A program made the translations under genes and the position numbers. Below the pieces are notes generated by a model that was not told where the DNA came from, ran no database searches, and was given only the letters and a program-made list of their open reading frames with translations. From Octopus bimaculoides (lineage: Eukaryota), in assembly GCF_001194135.2 (NCBI RefSeq), contig NC_068995.1:8300407-8353013 (forward strand): a DNA stretch of 52,607 nt, in the 5' to 3' direction. Below, piece after piece: positions 1-12,689 of this stretch (positions within the stretch are counted from its first letter, which is position 1; the number at the start of each line of letters is the position of its first letter).

Positions 1-46
<46 letters not shown>
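1..46. repeat. Compound (TA)n-(TG)n microsatellite
   Basis: Read directly from the sequence; representative of dozens of similar TA/TG/CA compounds across the window. Confidence 0.95.
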
Positions 47-1872
47 ATTTTGTGTTCATATACTAGTATACAAATTAATGGCCACTCGAGAAGCCTTTCA
101 AAATAAACTACAAGCAAATTTAAGAAACTCAGCTACAATGCGCAGCTGACATTTATGTTTGACGTACATTCTTTGTCATTGAATATGTCTTGCTTCTATT
201 AAAAATTAACTATTCTTCAATCTATCCTGCTTTCCTTTCTGCATTGTTTTTTCCCCGTTAATTTCTTCACCTTCATCTCTCTCACTCCCTCTCTCTCTCT
301 CTCTCTCTGTATCTCACTTCAAAAACAAAGTGTGTATTTATCCGTCATATTCTTTAGCTATATACTTACATATAAACATTTTTTTGAAGGTACGTATGTA
401 CGCTTGTATCTATGAATGTATATATATGCATGTATATGTATGTGTGTGTTTGTGTGTTCGTTAGTGTGCTCGTCAATACGCTTGGTGGATCTAGTGATAA
501 AACAGAATGGATATGTTAAATACAAATATCATTATTTATAATCAAGCTTAAATCGAATATGGCGGTCGAGCTGGCATAATGAGAGTATTTGCGCTTTGTG
601 GGATACACGGAAGGTTTTCTTGAAATTTACTCTTACAGCTTGGAGGTACTTTGCAACGAAATTAGGTGCTGAAAGGTTGTTCTCTCTCTAGATTAAGTTT
701 CTCTCTGTAGAACAAATCAGAGCAGATAGTTCTGTAGTTCATAGTCATCCTTCACGGTACTGAATGTTAAAAACTCGGCTGTATAACATTGGGAAATATT
801 ACAAAAAGAGAGTTTTATGTTAAGTTGAAATATATTCGGATAGACACAGAGAGCATATTCGGAAACCATTGTCTGGATGATTTTGACATCCACGGCTTTT
901 AAGAATATTTAAATATTTATCATCTCATTGTCCATTAATTTCCTTCATACTCAGATGCGCAAATACAGGGAGGGAGAGAAGGAAAGATATATATATTGGG
1001 AGCGGAAGATAAAGGAAGAGCGAAATGGAATAAATTCGATATCTATAACTAAAATAAATTTACTGTTTGATAGCAACTGAGCGTATATATATAGCGAGTA
1101 AATCTCACATTTGCCGTGATATTTCGTTTTGATATTTCCCGTACTCGTTCTAAATATATCCTTTCAGCAACTGGAATTTTCGAATGATCAGTACTGGACT
1201 TTCTGAATTTGTAACCAGACTGACTGTACGCATATTAAGCTCGTGAATGCCTTAGATTTTAAAGTAGAATCTGGGAAGTGATGATATCAGAAAACTTATA
1301 CTTGAAATTAATATTTATTACAGCAGAACGTACGTTTACTTATTCTCGCATATATTAAACTGATGGACGAAATTTCTGGTTATGTTTTCATAGCGTTGTA
1401 TCTGTTTGATCGGCTAAGCTTATTTACGTTCCTCTTCCGTATTACAATACAGTTTAGTGATATACTATATAGAAAATATTGACATTGAATTCACAGCTCA
1501 AGCGCACGTAATGTATTGTACAGTAAAAATGACTATACAATAGGAGAGCCAGAAAATACTTTATAATAGTTGTTTCGGAGATTTTGTCTCTTGGTGAAGT
1601 GTGCTTACACATTTCTATTACAATTTACCAAATGCATAATTGAAATTTCAAGACGTAATCCTGTTATAAAAAAGCTTCTCTCGGGAAACACTTGACAAAA
1701 GTCGAGACAAGAAAAAAGACCGAAGTGTGTTGGGCCAGACTACATTAATATAATTAAATCTGTCTTCGTTATATGGAAAATAAAATAAAGCAAGTAACAT
1801 TGAATAGGACAATCATTAATATTGTCTTCAGACGTAAACATTTACACAGACTGACAAACAGCCACTCCTGCG

Positions 1873-1907
<35 letters not shown>

Positions 1908-2848
1908 NNNNNNNNNNNNNNNNNNNNNNNNNNNNNNNNNNNNNNNNNNNNNNNNNNNNNNNNNNNNNNNNNNNNNNNNNNNNNNNNNNNNNNNNNNNNN
2001 NNNNNNNNNNNNNNNNNNNNNNNNNNNNNNNNNNNNNNNNNNNNNNNNNNNNNNNNNNNNNNNNNNNNNNNNNNNNNNNNNNNNNNNNNNNNNNNNNNNN
2101 NNNNNNNNNNNNNNNNNNNNNNNNNNNNNNNNNNNNNNNNNNNNNNNNNNNNNNNNNNNNNNNNNNNNNNNNNNNNNNNNNNNNNNNNNNNNNNNNNNNT
2201 ATATATGATCGTATATTGATGTTTGTATGTCTTCATGTGGCACATGGTAAGCATCTTTTTGCAAAATATCGCAAACATCGTTTGTAATACGGCAATTTTA
2301 AAAGACATGTCTTTTTGTTTCATCATTTATATCACCTCACTTCTCTATTAGCCTCCATAATTTCGGTTCTTCTCTATAAATATTCATATATGCATAAATA
2401 TATATGCACATATATATATATATATATACATATAGATGTGCATGTGTGTGTGTGTGGGTGTGTGTGTGAGTATGAGTGTGTTGTCTATGCATGTACATAT
2501 TTATAATTGCAGACGATACGGACGCCATCGTTTTATGTGTCATTTACCATTGTATGAATGATAAATAATGAAATAATTGTTATTGATCTTATTCGTAGCC
2601 CGATTAAGGAAACTAATAAAAGCAAATTAATTGGTTAATTAGTGCAATATAATTCAATAAAGCAAAAAGCAGTCGGCAAATGAACAAGAAAATTGATCAA
2701 GTGACAAAGTTATTTATATATTGAAACATATAAGTATATAGGTTCTGTGTACATACATGCGTACATTCGCACAGTCATACTTATAGAGAGATATGTATGT
2801 ATATATATATACACAGTAACGCATTTATATGTAAACAGATATACCAAG

Positions 2849-2882
<34 letters not shown>

Positions 2883-3293
2883 GGACAAACTGACACTCCC
2901 TATTCACGACACACAGACAATCGCTCCCTCTCTTACTCCTTCTAAATTTGCGTGTAGCCTATCTGTTCCCGTGTTTTCTGCGACTCACATACACCTACAA
3001 ACACNNNNNNNNNNATATATTATGTCATGACACCTAGATGAATGAGTTAAATCGTATAATGTACCACTTTTAACATATTTTCATGATTGCAAACTGCCAA
3101 TTTGAGTATCTAAATGTGTACGTGGAAATAATTATAATTGAGAAGCTGTTAATTTCATCACATTTGTTGCAAATAAGTTCACTGAGAACATTCCAGCATT
3201 TATCATTCCTATGAAAATAAGGTTTGCGGATACGAAAACCGATAGGAAAATCCTTTAAATATCTTCTGATAATAATATATGTACGTATGAAAT

Positions 3294-3455
3294 GGGCTAG
3301 CCTGGCAGGATTTTTAGCACGCCCGTTTATGCATGGCGGCATTTCGTCCGTCTTTTCATTCTGAGTTCAAATTCTCCCGAGGTCTATTTCGCCACTCATA
3401 TTATCGGCGGTACTGAAATAAGTACCAGTGGAGTATTGGGGTCGGTAACATGGAC
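3294..3455 (+). mobile_element. tRNA-derived SINE type A (decayed)
   Basis: ctggcagg...ttagcacgcc (A-box region), ctgagttcaaattc (B-box), then aagtaccagt...ggggtcg; colinear with the better copies at 29638-29853 and 34665-34894. Confidence 0.8.
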
Positions 3456-3766
3456 GTAGACCCTCAACGGAATTTGAAGTAAGAGACAATAAAATAAATT
3501 GAAAACATTTTACAAAACATAAAAACAAACCTATTGCTCATGCGACATATCTCAATATTTCATTAGAACGCAGTACAAGGCTGCACAATGTGACGTATGT
3601 TACCAGGATCTACCAACCCACGAAATATACCCCCGCACAAAAGAACTCGCTTACGCATTCTATAATCGAACGATGGAAGTTTTCTTAACCAGTAAAGTTT
3701 AATGCATTAGCAGAACAACTTCAATAAAAGAAAAGTGGAAGAACAACACATAAAAAACAATATATG

Positions 3767-3806
<40 letters not shown>

Positions 3807-5015
3807 ATCATTAGCGAATTGGTTCAATAATGTTAGCACTGTAAAACCAATCGTTAAATGAAACGATGGCTAAGAAACGAAAGTTATTTTCTAATATATT
3901 TTATCGGTCATGTAAAATATGACAGTAAACAACCGAAGCACATATTTATAAATATGTATTTGTGTGTCTGTGTTTGTCTCCAAACTGTCGCTTGAGANNN
4001 NNNNNNNNNNNNNNNNNNNNNNNNNNNNNNNNNNNNNNNNNNNNNNNNNNNNNNNNNNNNNNNNNNNNNNNNNNNNNNNNNNNNNNNNNNNNNNNNNNNN
4101 NNNNNNNNNNNNNNNNNNNNNNNNNNNNNNNNNNNNNNNNNNNNNNNNNNNNNNNNNNNNNNNNNNNNNNNNNNNNNNNNNNNNNNNNNNNNNNNNNNNN
4201 NNNNNNNNNNNNNNNNNNNNNNNNNNNNNNNNNNNNNNNNNNNNNNNNNNNNNNNNNNNNNNNNNNNNNNNNNNNNNNNNNNNNNNNNNNNNNNNNNNNN
4301 NNNNNNNNNNNNNNNNNNNNNNNNNNNNNNNNNNNNNNNNNNNNNNNNNNNNNNNNNNNNNNNNNNNNNNNNNNNNNNNNNNNNNNNNNNNNNNNNNNNN
4401 NNNNNNNNNNNNNNNNNNNNNNNNNNNNNNNNNNNNNNNNNNNNNNNNNNNNNNNNNNNNNNNNNNNNNNNNNNNNNNNNNNNNNNNNNNNNNNNNNNNN
4501 NNNNNNNNNNNNNNNATATATATATATATATATATATATAGATATATAGGTGTGTGTATGTATGTCATTGTGACAAACCATATAGCAATGATTGTATGCA
4601 CGTATGTGTGCGCATGTATGTACCAGTATGTTTCTACATGTGATAATATAGCTGAAATGTGTTTCAAGACCAACTCCATTATCTGTGAGATATTATCTCG
4701 ACATTGCTATGAAAGCCGGGCTGGGAACCTTTGTAGTCTAAACTATCAATTATAATTCTTAACTCGGCTATCGATGGAAGACAGCGTCGTTGGAGGAAAA
4801 TTAAACTGTCACAATATGTATACACTTGTATGTATGTATGTGTATATGTATGTATGTCTGTAGATATACATACACACACATATATAAATACATGCACCTG
4901 TAAGTCTGTGTGTGCGTTTGTGCGTGTGTGTGTCTATGTATATATATATACATAAACACACACACACACACACACACATACACACACATACACACACACA
5001 CACACNNNNNNNNNN

Positions 5016-5056
<41 letters not shown>

Positions 5057-5572
5057 ACGAAGACAAATACATTCTTAATTGTGGAAGTGTGTATATTTGG
5101 ATATCTATTTAGATATATATAGATTTATATACAATATACATAGATACATAAAACATGCATGGAAACATACTTACATATATACATACATACACATATATAC
5201 ATGCACATTATGTGTATATCAGTGCATCTGTATATATAACTATATATATATATATATATATATGAATACGGACTTACATACACATACTGTCATACACATG
5301 CACGCACACATATCAGTGCTTAACAATTCTAAGGGCGTAACTGATCCTTCACGTATGTCAGGGTTCAGGCGAAGTTATCAACATCAATATATAGTGACAC
5401 TATATTTCCCATAATAGATTCTGTGAAAAAATGAAGATAATTTTTTTATTTACTAGCGATTGTAAACTTCGTAGACCTGGGCAAATTCCTTATCTGAATA
5501 AACATATAAAATTATATATATATATATATATATATATTTATACTTACATATAGTAAAACAAATAAGCTAATC

Positions 5573-5897
5573 TGGCACTTTTTCGGTTACGACGACGAGG
5601 GTTCCAGTTGATCCGATCAACGGAAGAGTTTGCTTCTGAAATCAAATTACAAGTGGCTGAGCACACCCCGCACATGTGTACCCTTAATGTAATTCTCCGA
5701 GAGATTCAAAGTGACACAGAGAGTGACAAGGCTGGCCCTTTGAAATACAAGTACAACTAATTTTTTCCAGCTGACTGGACTGGAGCAACGTGAAATAACA
5801 AAGTGTGTTGCTCAGGGACATAAGGTGTCACCGGGAATTAAACTCACGACTTTACGATACGTTAGCCGAATGCCCTAACCACTAAGCCACGTGCCTT
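5573..5897 (-). mobile_element. tRNA-derived SINE type D, near full length
   Basis: Minus strand begins aaggcacgtggcttagtggttagggc (A box)...gagtttaattccc (B-box-like), has a central ttatttcacgttgctccagtccagtcagctgg segment and ends with the 3' tail shared with type C (tgtatttcaaagggccagccttgtcac...gtgcca). Confidence 0.88.
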
Positions 5898-6078
5898 AGT
5901 TACAAGTGATATATAGATATATATATATATAAATATATTTATACATACACACAGATATATACGACGACCTATTTATAAAGTAGTATTGTATAAGCTTAAA
6001 GCTTATAATTGATCACCGTGCAAGAAAATACTCTTAATAATGGGTCATATAAGGCCTCTACAGAAAAATGTAGGTGTT

Positions 6079-6143
6079 CCCGCACGCGTCGGATTCGAAC
6101 CCACACCTTCTTGTTTACGCGACTAGGTGTGTTGCCGTTACAC
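6079..6143 (-). pseudogene. tRNA-like pseudogene, Thr(CGT)-like, lacking the 5' acceptor strand
   Basis: Minus strand: D-arm GTGT-aacggca-ACAC, anticodon arm ctagt-cgCGTaa-acaag (one mismatch, U33 replaced by G), perfect B box GGTTCGAATCC, 3' gcgtgc, then a T5 run about 12 nt downstream. The 5' flank is AT-only and cannot pair with the acceptor 3' strand. Confidence 0.5.
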
Positions 6144-7784
6144 AAATAATTATTATTTCCGCAATTGTATAAATCGACGCTGCTTAACAAAACCAGCGCT
6201 GAAAGAACCCGCACACGCGCGCGCACACACGCACACACATACACGCACACACACACACACACACACACACCCACACACACACACATGTATGTATCTTCTG
6301 GGATGTAACACGTCATAACAGCGCTGTTGTTTCATCATCAGACGTAATGCTTAACATGTGGAAATACGGGGCACCTTTTGAAATATCTGTAGAATCGTAC
6401 GAGATTACAAAGCACATACATATTATATATATTTTCTTTACATTTCACACACACAAACACATGTACATATGAATACGTGTCCATGTTACGTTTTTCGTAA
6501 CACTATCTTACCGCCTTACTCAAGATAGTGTTTCCTAATTTCAAATCAATTTCCGCCACTATCTCATAATCGTTACAGTTAGATCGACAGACCATGTAGC
6601 AGTTGCTTCTTTTACTTCTACGTATAACATTTAATGCCTAGTTTCCACTTACTAAGTGTGTTAAAATTTTGCAACATGTCGTCTCTTAAAAAGCACGCGT
6701 ATGTTTAAAAAAGATTCTCACGCTTTGAATTCATCATACCGATTGTATATACAGCTAAATAGTTGATTGTTATCTTGAATTATTTTTAGGTTCCTTCAAT
6801 GGGGTTTTACTGATTGATTTTAACTGCTATTTTTCTCGAGCTATGTAACCAGTCACGTTTACGTTCTCAAAAAATGACATATAAAACCTCAAGGCTTTAT
6901 TCTTACAAGCTTCAAGATTTGATTATATATTGACCATGTCCTTGCACTATCTTTAAAAGGCTATGATATGTTTTTACAGACTTTTCCCTGCTATTACTCA
7001 TGATTTATTATGCCAACAACGTTCTGTCTCTAATAAATCCAAGCAAGAAAATCATTAAAATTCGATTTTTCATAAAATGTATACAGAACTTAAGTATATA
7101 CTATTTCTTCGATTAACTTTTAAGAGGCTATGATCTGATTTTACAATGATTTAACTGCTCTTTCTAGCTGTGGAACCAATACCTTTCAATCACTAAACTG
7201 AATGAAGAACGAATATTTTTCTCTAGTTCGGAAAATCAACCACACACTTTTAAGTCAATAGCGTAACGTCACTCGTTTAAATTGAAATATTTAAGTCTCA
7301 ATCAGCAAGAACGATTTGGTCGAAAAAACCCAAGAAACATCAAAGAAATTCAAAAGTAATATCTGAGACTATTTGCAAGAGTTTGACGTCAAAGTCTTAG
7401 AACAATATGGTAAAGGAAGCATATGTTTAGACTTTCAGCCCATGTTAGATTAAATTCAAACATATATAAAATAAAGGCTAATAATAAAAATAAAAATAAT
7501 ACTTAAATAACTAGCTATAAAAATACGCTTAAAAGAGCAACAAAGAGAAATTTAAATGGACTTGCTTAAATATAATTAGGTTTTGGACATAGTTTAATTA
7601 TATCTTTTCTTTTTCTAATTTTCTTTAATTATTTTCCAGTTTATACCTTATGAATGTGTTGAAGATTTAATTTTATTTTTTGTAGATATATATTGTATAG
7701 GGTATTGTGTCCCGGTGTCACGGGATATCTAGGTTTGTGTGAACGTATATATGTATATGTGTATATAAATGTACATGTATACGT

Positions 7785-7851
<67 letters not shown>

Positions 7852-8369
7852 NNNNNNNNNNNNNNNNNNNNNNNNNNNNNNNNNNNNNNNNNNNNNNNNN
7901 NNNNNNNNNNNNNNNNNNNNNNNNNNNNNNNNNNNNNNNNNNNNNNNNNNNNNNNNNNNNNNNNNNNNNNNNNNNNNNNNNNNNNNNNNNNNNNNNNNNN
8001 NNNNNNNNNNNNNNNNNNNNNNNNNNNNNNNNNNNNNNNNNNNNNNNNNNNNNNNNNNNNNNNNNNNNNNNNNNNNNNNNNNNNNNNNNNNNNNNNNNNN
8101 NNNNNNNNNNNNNNNNNNNNNNNNNNNNNNNNNNNNNNNNNNNNNNNNNNNNNNNNNNNNNNNNNNNNNNNNNNNNNNNNNNNNNNNNNNNNNNNNNNNN
8201 NNNNNNNNNNNNNNNNNNNNNNNNNNNNNNNNNNNNNNNNNNNNNNNNNNNNNNNNNNNNNNNNNNNNNNNNNNNNNNNTATATATAATATTATATAAGA
8301 TATATATATAAAACATATTTATATAAATAGAATTATGTATGGACACATGTATATATATATATATATGTC

Positions 8370-8403
<34 letters not shown>

Positions 8404-8974
8404 CGTGTTTATGTGTGCACATGTGCGTGAGCGTGCGCGCATATGTGTATAAACTCATATATGTATGAACGTACGCAGCTATATGCACCCTCACGCAGAT
8501 ATATGTGAGAGCTCAATGGCAATCCAATGTGTGTATATACTTTCCAGCCCGTTTAAGCTGTTAATGTTTAATTCCTAATTCAGTCACCGGGGAATTAGCA
8601 AATTCGTAAAAAGAGATATTAGTAGTTAAGGGATTCGTCCATTTAATTTGTCTCATATCGTTTGTTATTTGCTTTTCTTGACGCCATATTGTTTTATCTG
8701 ACATTAGGTAAGGTGGTACCTTTTTTTTTTTTGGTCAGCCAAGTTTCTCTCAGATATGATAAAAAGAAAATAATTTAAATTGTTTATTTGTCACTACAAC
8801 AAAGTTCGTATTTCCCATACGAAATAGAATGAACTGAAATCTTAGATATGTTAATAAAAAAACTGTACGACGAGTTAAGTAGGAATAGTAAGGAAGAAAG
8901 AAAACGAACGATGATATATATATATATATATATATATATAACATTTACAGAAAACGAAGACATGCGTGGGAACA

Positions 8975-9125
8975 AACAGTAGGTGTATTAGTTTAAGTGT
9001 CTGGAATAATGGAAAAGTATTTTAGGTTTCCATCTTACGCTCTTAATCCCTTCTCTCGAGGTGCGTAGGCTCGAAACGTAAAAGACTCTTCCATTTTTCC
9101 CGAGCTTTAAATTAATACACCTGCA
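8975..9125. mobile_element. Two head-to-head copies of a Penelope-type terminal-repeat fragment with decayed hammerhead motif
   Basis: 9058-9122 (+) and 8981-9044 (-) align at 50 of 65 columns by hand; both carry gcgta(g/a)g..gaaac.taaaa.act.ttcc...ttaaa.taatacacct; a third copy lies at 21895-21975 (-). Confidence 0.6.
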
Positions 9126-9337
9126 TATTACATACGCTCACGTGGTCAATGTGGCCAGGTTGATCCTGCCTGACTGAACTATTTATTCTCTTGGACTCAC
9201 ATCTTTAATTCCGGAACTTTGAGTACCTCTCCTAATTCACATAACAAGCACTCCACCCGGACTACCACTGGATATTCGTACTCTTTCGGACTCTTCCTCC
9301 ATGGGTCTAACTATTTTCGTATATACATACACGTATA

Positions 9338-9377
<40 letters not shown>

Positions 9378-10502
9378 TATATATATATAAATATATATAA
9401 CACCCGGAGTGATTTTCTTCCCGCAGGTGCTGCTGCTGATTTAAAAATTTGCTCTCATTTCTTCATATATATATATATATATATATATTCAAGAAGTTGG
9501 CAGCTTGATAGATTGTACATAAAATCCGTCCTCAAGGCCATAGAATAATTGTGGAGCAACGAGTTAAGCAAGATGAAGGACAGCTCAATTATATTAACTC
9601 ATATCTCTTGTATTGTGAATACATATTTTTAAAACACGTACACTCCTTATGTTGATACTTCTAGGACTATATAATCCGTTATGCGTTTTTTAAACATATT
9701 GTGGTTAATTTTTGTGAGGCTTTAGACTATCATCGTTGGAATGTGGCGTGCCATGCTGATTTTCCTGGTGTATCATTTTCATTTTCTTTAGTTTTTGTCT
9801 GTTAAGTACTTATACTTTAAGAGTGCATTGGCGCGTTTATGGTGGAGACATACACTTCAATTTGCTAGAATATATCCGTAATGTTTCACAATGTGTTTTG
9901 CGGTACGCTGACCTTTTAAAATGTCCTTATTTCTTATATATTTAATTATCATTGTGAATATGTATATAACGAGTACCATGCCATTATGTTAACACGCATA
10001 TATCGTAATGTGTTTAAATTTGAAATGATTTTTTAACAACAGCATCATTTGGATATAGTTTTCTATTGGGTATAAAGTAGCGTTCCTGTCGGTGAGTACA
10101 ACAAAAGACAACTGTGCAGATGGGCTATTGTGTTATAGACTTTTATCGTAATAGATACGATATCTCCGATGAATGTTTCTATAGCTTTATACAATACTAT
10201 GAAAGCTGGGTGTAGAAAGCTCTTCTACAAAGTGTGGACATATCATATAAAGCGATGTCTTCTGTACAGCTAGATAGATTTAACTGTTGTGTAAATTGCC
10301 ATATTACCCTTGTCATGTATATTGTGAACCCCGTTTCACAATATGCAAAAATACGGTGTTTGTTTCCGAAACTCTCCTTCGGGTTTTGACTAAAATTAAT
10401 ATAGTGAAACGTTATTTTTGATTATATGCATGTTGGGCAGAATGGTAAAAGCGTTACACAAAATACTATGACGTTCCATTACCTCCTCTTTTACTCTTTT
10501 AT

Positions 10503-10731
10503 TCTTTTACTCGTTTCAGTCATTTGACTGCGACCATGCTGGAGCACCGGCTTTAGTCGAACAAATCGACCCAGGACTTATTCTTTGGAAGCCTAGTACT
10601 TATTCTATCGGTCTCTTTTGCCGAAACCGCTAAGCGATGCGGAGGGGGGGGGGCGCAAACACAGACACACAAACATATACACCCCCATATATATATATAT
10701 ATATATACGACGGGCTTCTTTCAGTTTCCGT
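10503..10731 (-). mobile_element. SINE type B (tRNA head missing) with internal CA/TA microsatellite
   Basis: tttcagtcatttgactgcgaccatgctggagcacc...gaagcctagtacttattctatcgg...(TA)n cgacgggcttctttcagtttccg; same order as the copy at 15011-15364. Confidence 0.88.
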
Positions 10732-11707
10732 TTCCCCTTTACATTCTAAATTCAAATACATCATTTGCACACATTTCGAGTTTCTTTTTATCTCTACTAA
10801 ATATGTATAAAATATGTATTTCCGGTGGATACTGGTTGGGAAGTTCGATGCAATTTGATATTCTGTGTAATAGAGCTATAAAAACTAACTTGGGCCCAAA
10901 CAGTTCATTTGAAACTAATAGAATACGTATAGTATCAATGTGCGTACACAGATATCAAGATTAAAGAAAACCTATAAACGAATGACTAAACACGAAATGG
11001 TTCAATGTAATACTGAAAAAGAAGAAAAAAAAACTTTAAGGAAATGCTTTCACAACAGCATTACTGCCACAGTACTACTCTACAACTTGACTAAATGATA
11101 AAGATGAATAAATAATGAAAAGATAAACGAGTAGTACAGAAGTAAATCTATTTCCGAGACGCGATGTCTCTTTTCGTCAAATACTTAGAACCTATTCCCG
11201 TAGCGATTAGTGATTAATGCATTAAACAGTCTATTACAAAAGTCTAACATCTTCTTTTAGACGAAAGTTTGGTTGAACAGGTGCTCTGTATTTAACGAAT
11301 TCTAATTCGGTGAATTGGTTGAGCGTCAGACTAAAATTTGCTGCGCATTTGTTTCGAGTTTGTTCATACTGACTCTATATTAAACTGTGTTCAAATTTGC
11401 CACGCATCTCTCCAGTTTCAATAAGGTAATGTACTTTTATTAATCAACTGATCTAGCACAAATTTGTAACCTTGTACCTATAATAAAAGCAATTATTATT
11501 ATGAAGTCGGTAGTTTTGCTAAACCATCAAGGCTCAGACTACATTTGACTTGAATTATATTATTGTGGCTCAGATATTTTGGTTCAATTCACGTCGATGT
11601 GAACTGAGTTTTAAGAAATAAGCTATTGGGATCGATTTAATCAATTAACTAAAATGCGCAAATATTCTGCTCCTGTGTCTATCTATACTGCTTTCAAAGT
11701 TTGGGAC

Positions 11708-11792
11708 GAATGAGAAAGTCGACCACGGCGAAATATTAACTCAGAACATAAAGACATTTTGCCCTGCGTACTAAGGATTCTGTGTCCTCGCT
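11708..11792 (-). mobile_element. SINE type A, old decayed fragment
   Basis: aaagtcgaccacggcgaaatattaactcagaacataaagac...gcgtactaaggattctg matches the type A body and head with deletions. Confidence 0.6.
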
Positions 11793-11848
11793 GCTTTCCC
11801 ATATGACTTCATTAGCAACTATAGCTGAATCACTAGAATTCTATATTA

Positions 11849-12036
11849 TTTTCTACTCTAGGCACAAGGCCTTAACTTTTGAGGGGAAGAACCAGTGGAC
11901 CCCAGAGCGCAACTGGTATTTAATTTATTGACCCTGAAAAGATGTAAGGCAAAGTAGACCTCGGCGGCATTTGAACTCAGAACGTGAAGACAGACTAAAT
12001 ACCGCTAAGCATTTCGCCCGGCGTGCTAACGACTCT
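11849..12036 (-). mobile_element. SINE type A, slightly 5'-truncated, flanked by 51-bp direct repeats
   Basis: ttctactctaggcacaagg...ttgaactcagaacg...accgctaagcatttcgcccggcgtgctaacg; flanks 11798-11848 and 12037-12087 are 48/51 identical. Confidence 0.9.
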
Positions 12037-12159
12037 CCCGTATGACTTCATTAGCAACAATAGCTGAATCACTAGAATGCTATATTAGCAACTGTAACTG
12101 AATCATTATAATGCTGAAGAAATTCTATGCAGGAGTTGTTACGATTGTTCAGTTTCTGT

Positions 12160-12412
12160 TCAAGTCCTGTCGGAATAGAGAACATAAAGTGACGGCGAAA
12201 TCGAATAGTCCTCTCCCACGAAAATCGCTGACCTTGAACCAAGAATAGAAACTATTGTTATTATTAATTTTTATAGCTATTATTAGCGTGGCGAACTGGT
12301 AGAATGGTTAGCATTATTTCTTCCGACTCTTTACATTCTGAGTTCTATTTCGATGTATCAACTAACCCCTCCACTTATAATTGTTCGTCTTGTGCCAAAA
12401 TTCGAAGCAATT
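12160..12412 (+). mobile_element. Two decayed type A SINE pieces in tandem
   Basis: Tail-like segment ending aaccaagaatagaaactattg, then a head gcgtggcgaactggtagaatggttagc...ctgagttc and a tail cttgtgccaaaattcgaagcaattat. Confidence 0.6.
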
Positions 12413-12656
12413 ATCACCATAACAATAATTATCATCATTAACGTGCGGTTATTTTATTTCGTTCTCTTTATTTTATTTATTTATTTATTTATTTATTTAT
12501 TTTTTCAGAAAATTAATTTATGTTGCGTTAAACAGATTCCAAGCTACTGCATCAAGTTTACTGCGTCAAACATTTGGTTAAGGTTAGCAATTCAAATAAA
12601 CAGAACTGTTTCTTTTCTTTGATTAAATCCGTTCACTCACACACTATCATCATGAG

Positions 12657-12689
12657 CACCACCACCACCACCACCACCACCACCACCAC
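12657..12689. repeat. (CAC)11 trinucleotide repeat
   Basis: Read directly from the sequence. Confidence 0.95.

Noticed and set aside
559-600. ggcggtcgagctggcataat resembling a type A SINE head
   Set aside because: Only about 18 bp match and no B box or body follows
2497-2568. Peptide IFIIADDTDAIVLCVIYH, reminiscent of a DTD-hydrophobic motif in PIN/XPG-like transposon proteins
   Set aside because: About 20 codons bounded by a microsatellite and a stop; too short to distinguish from chance
3567-3691. Open frame TQYKAAQCDVCYQDLPTHEIYPRTKELAYAFYNRTMEVFLT between a possible AG and GTAAAG
   Set aside because: Unrecognised peptide, mediocre splice sites, and a length expected by chance
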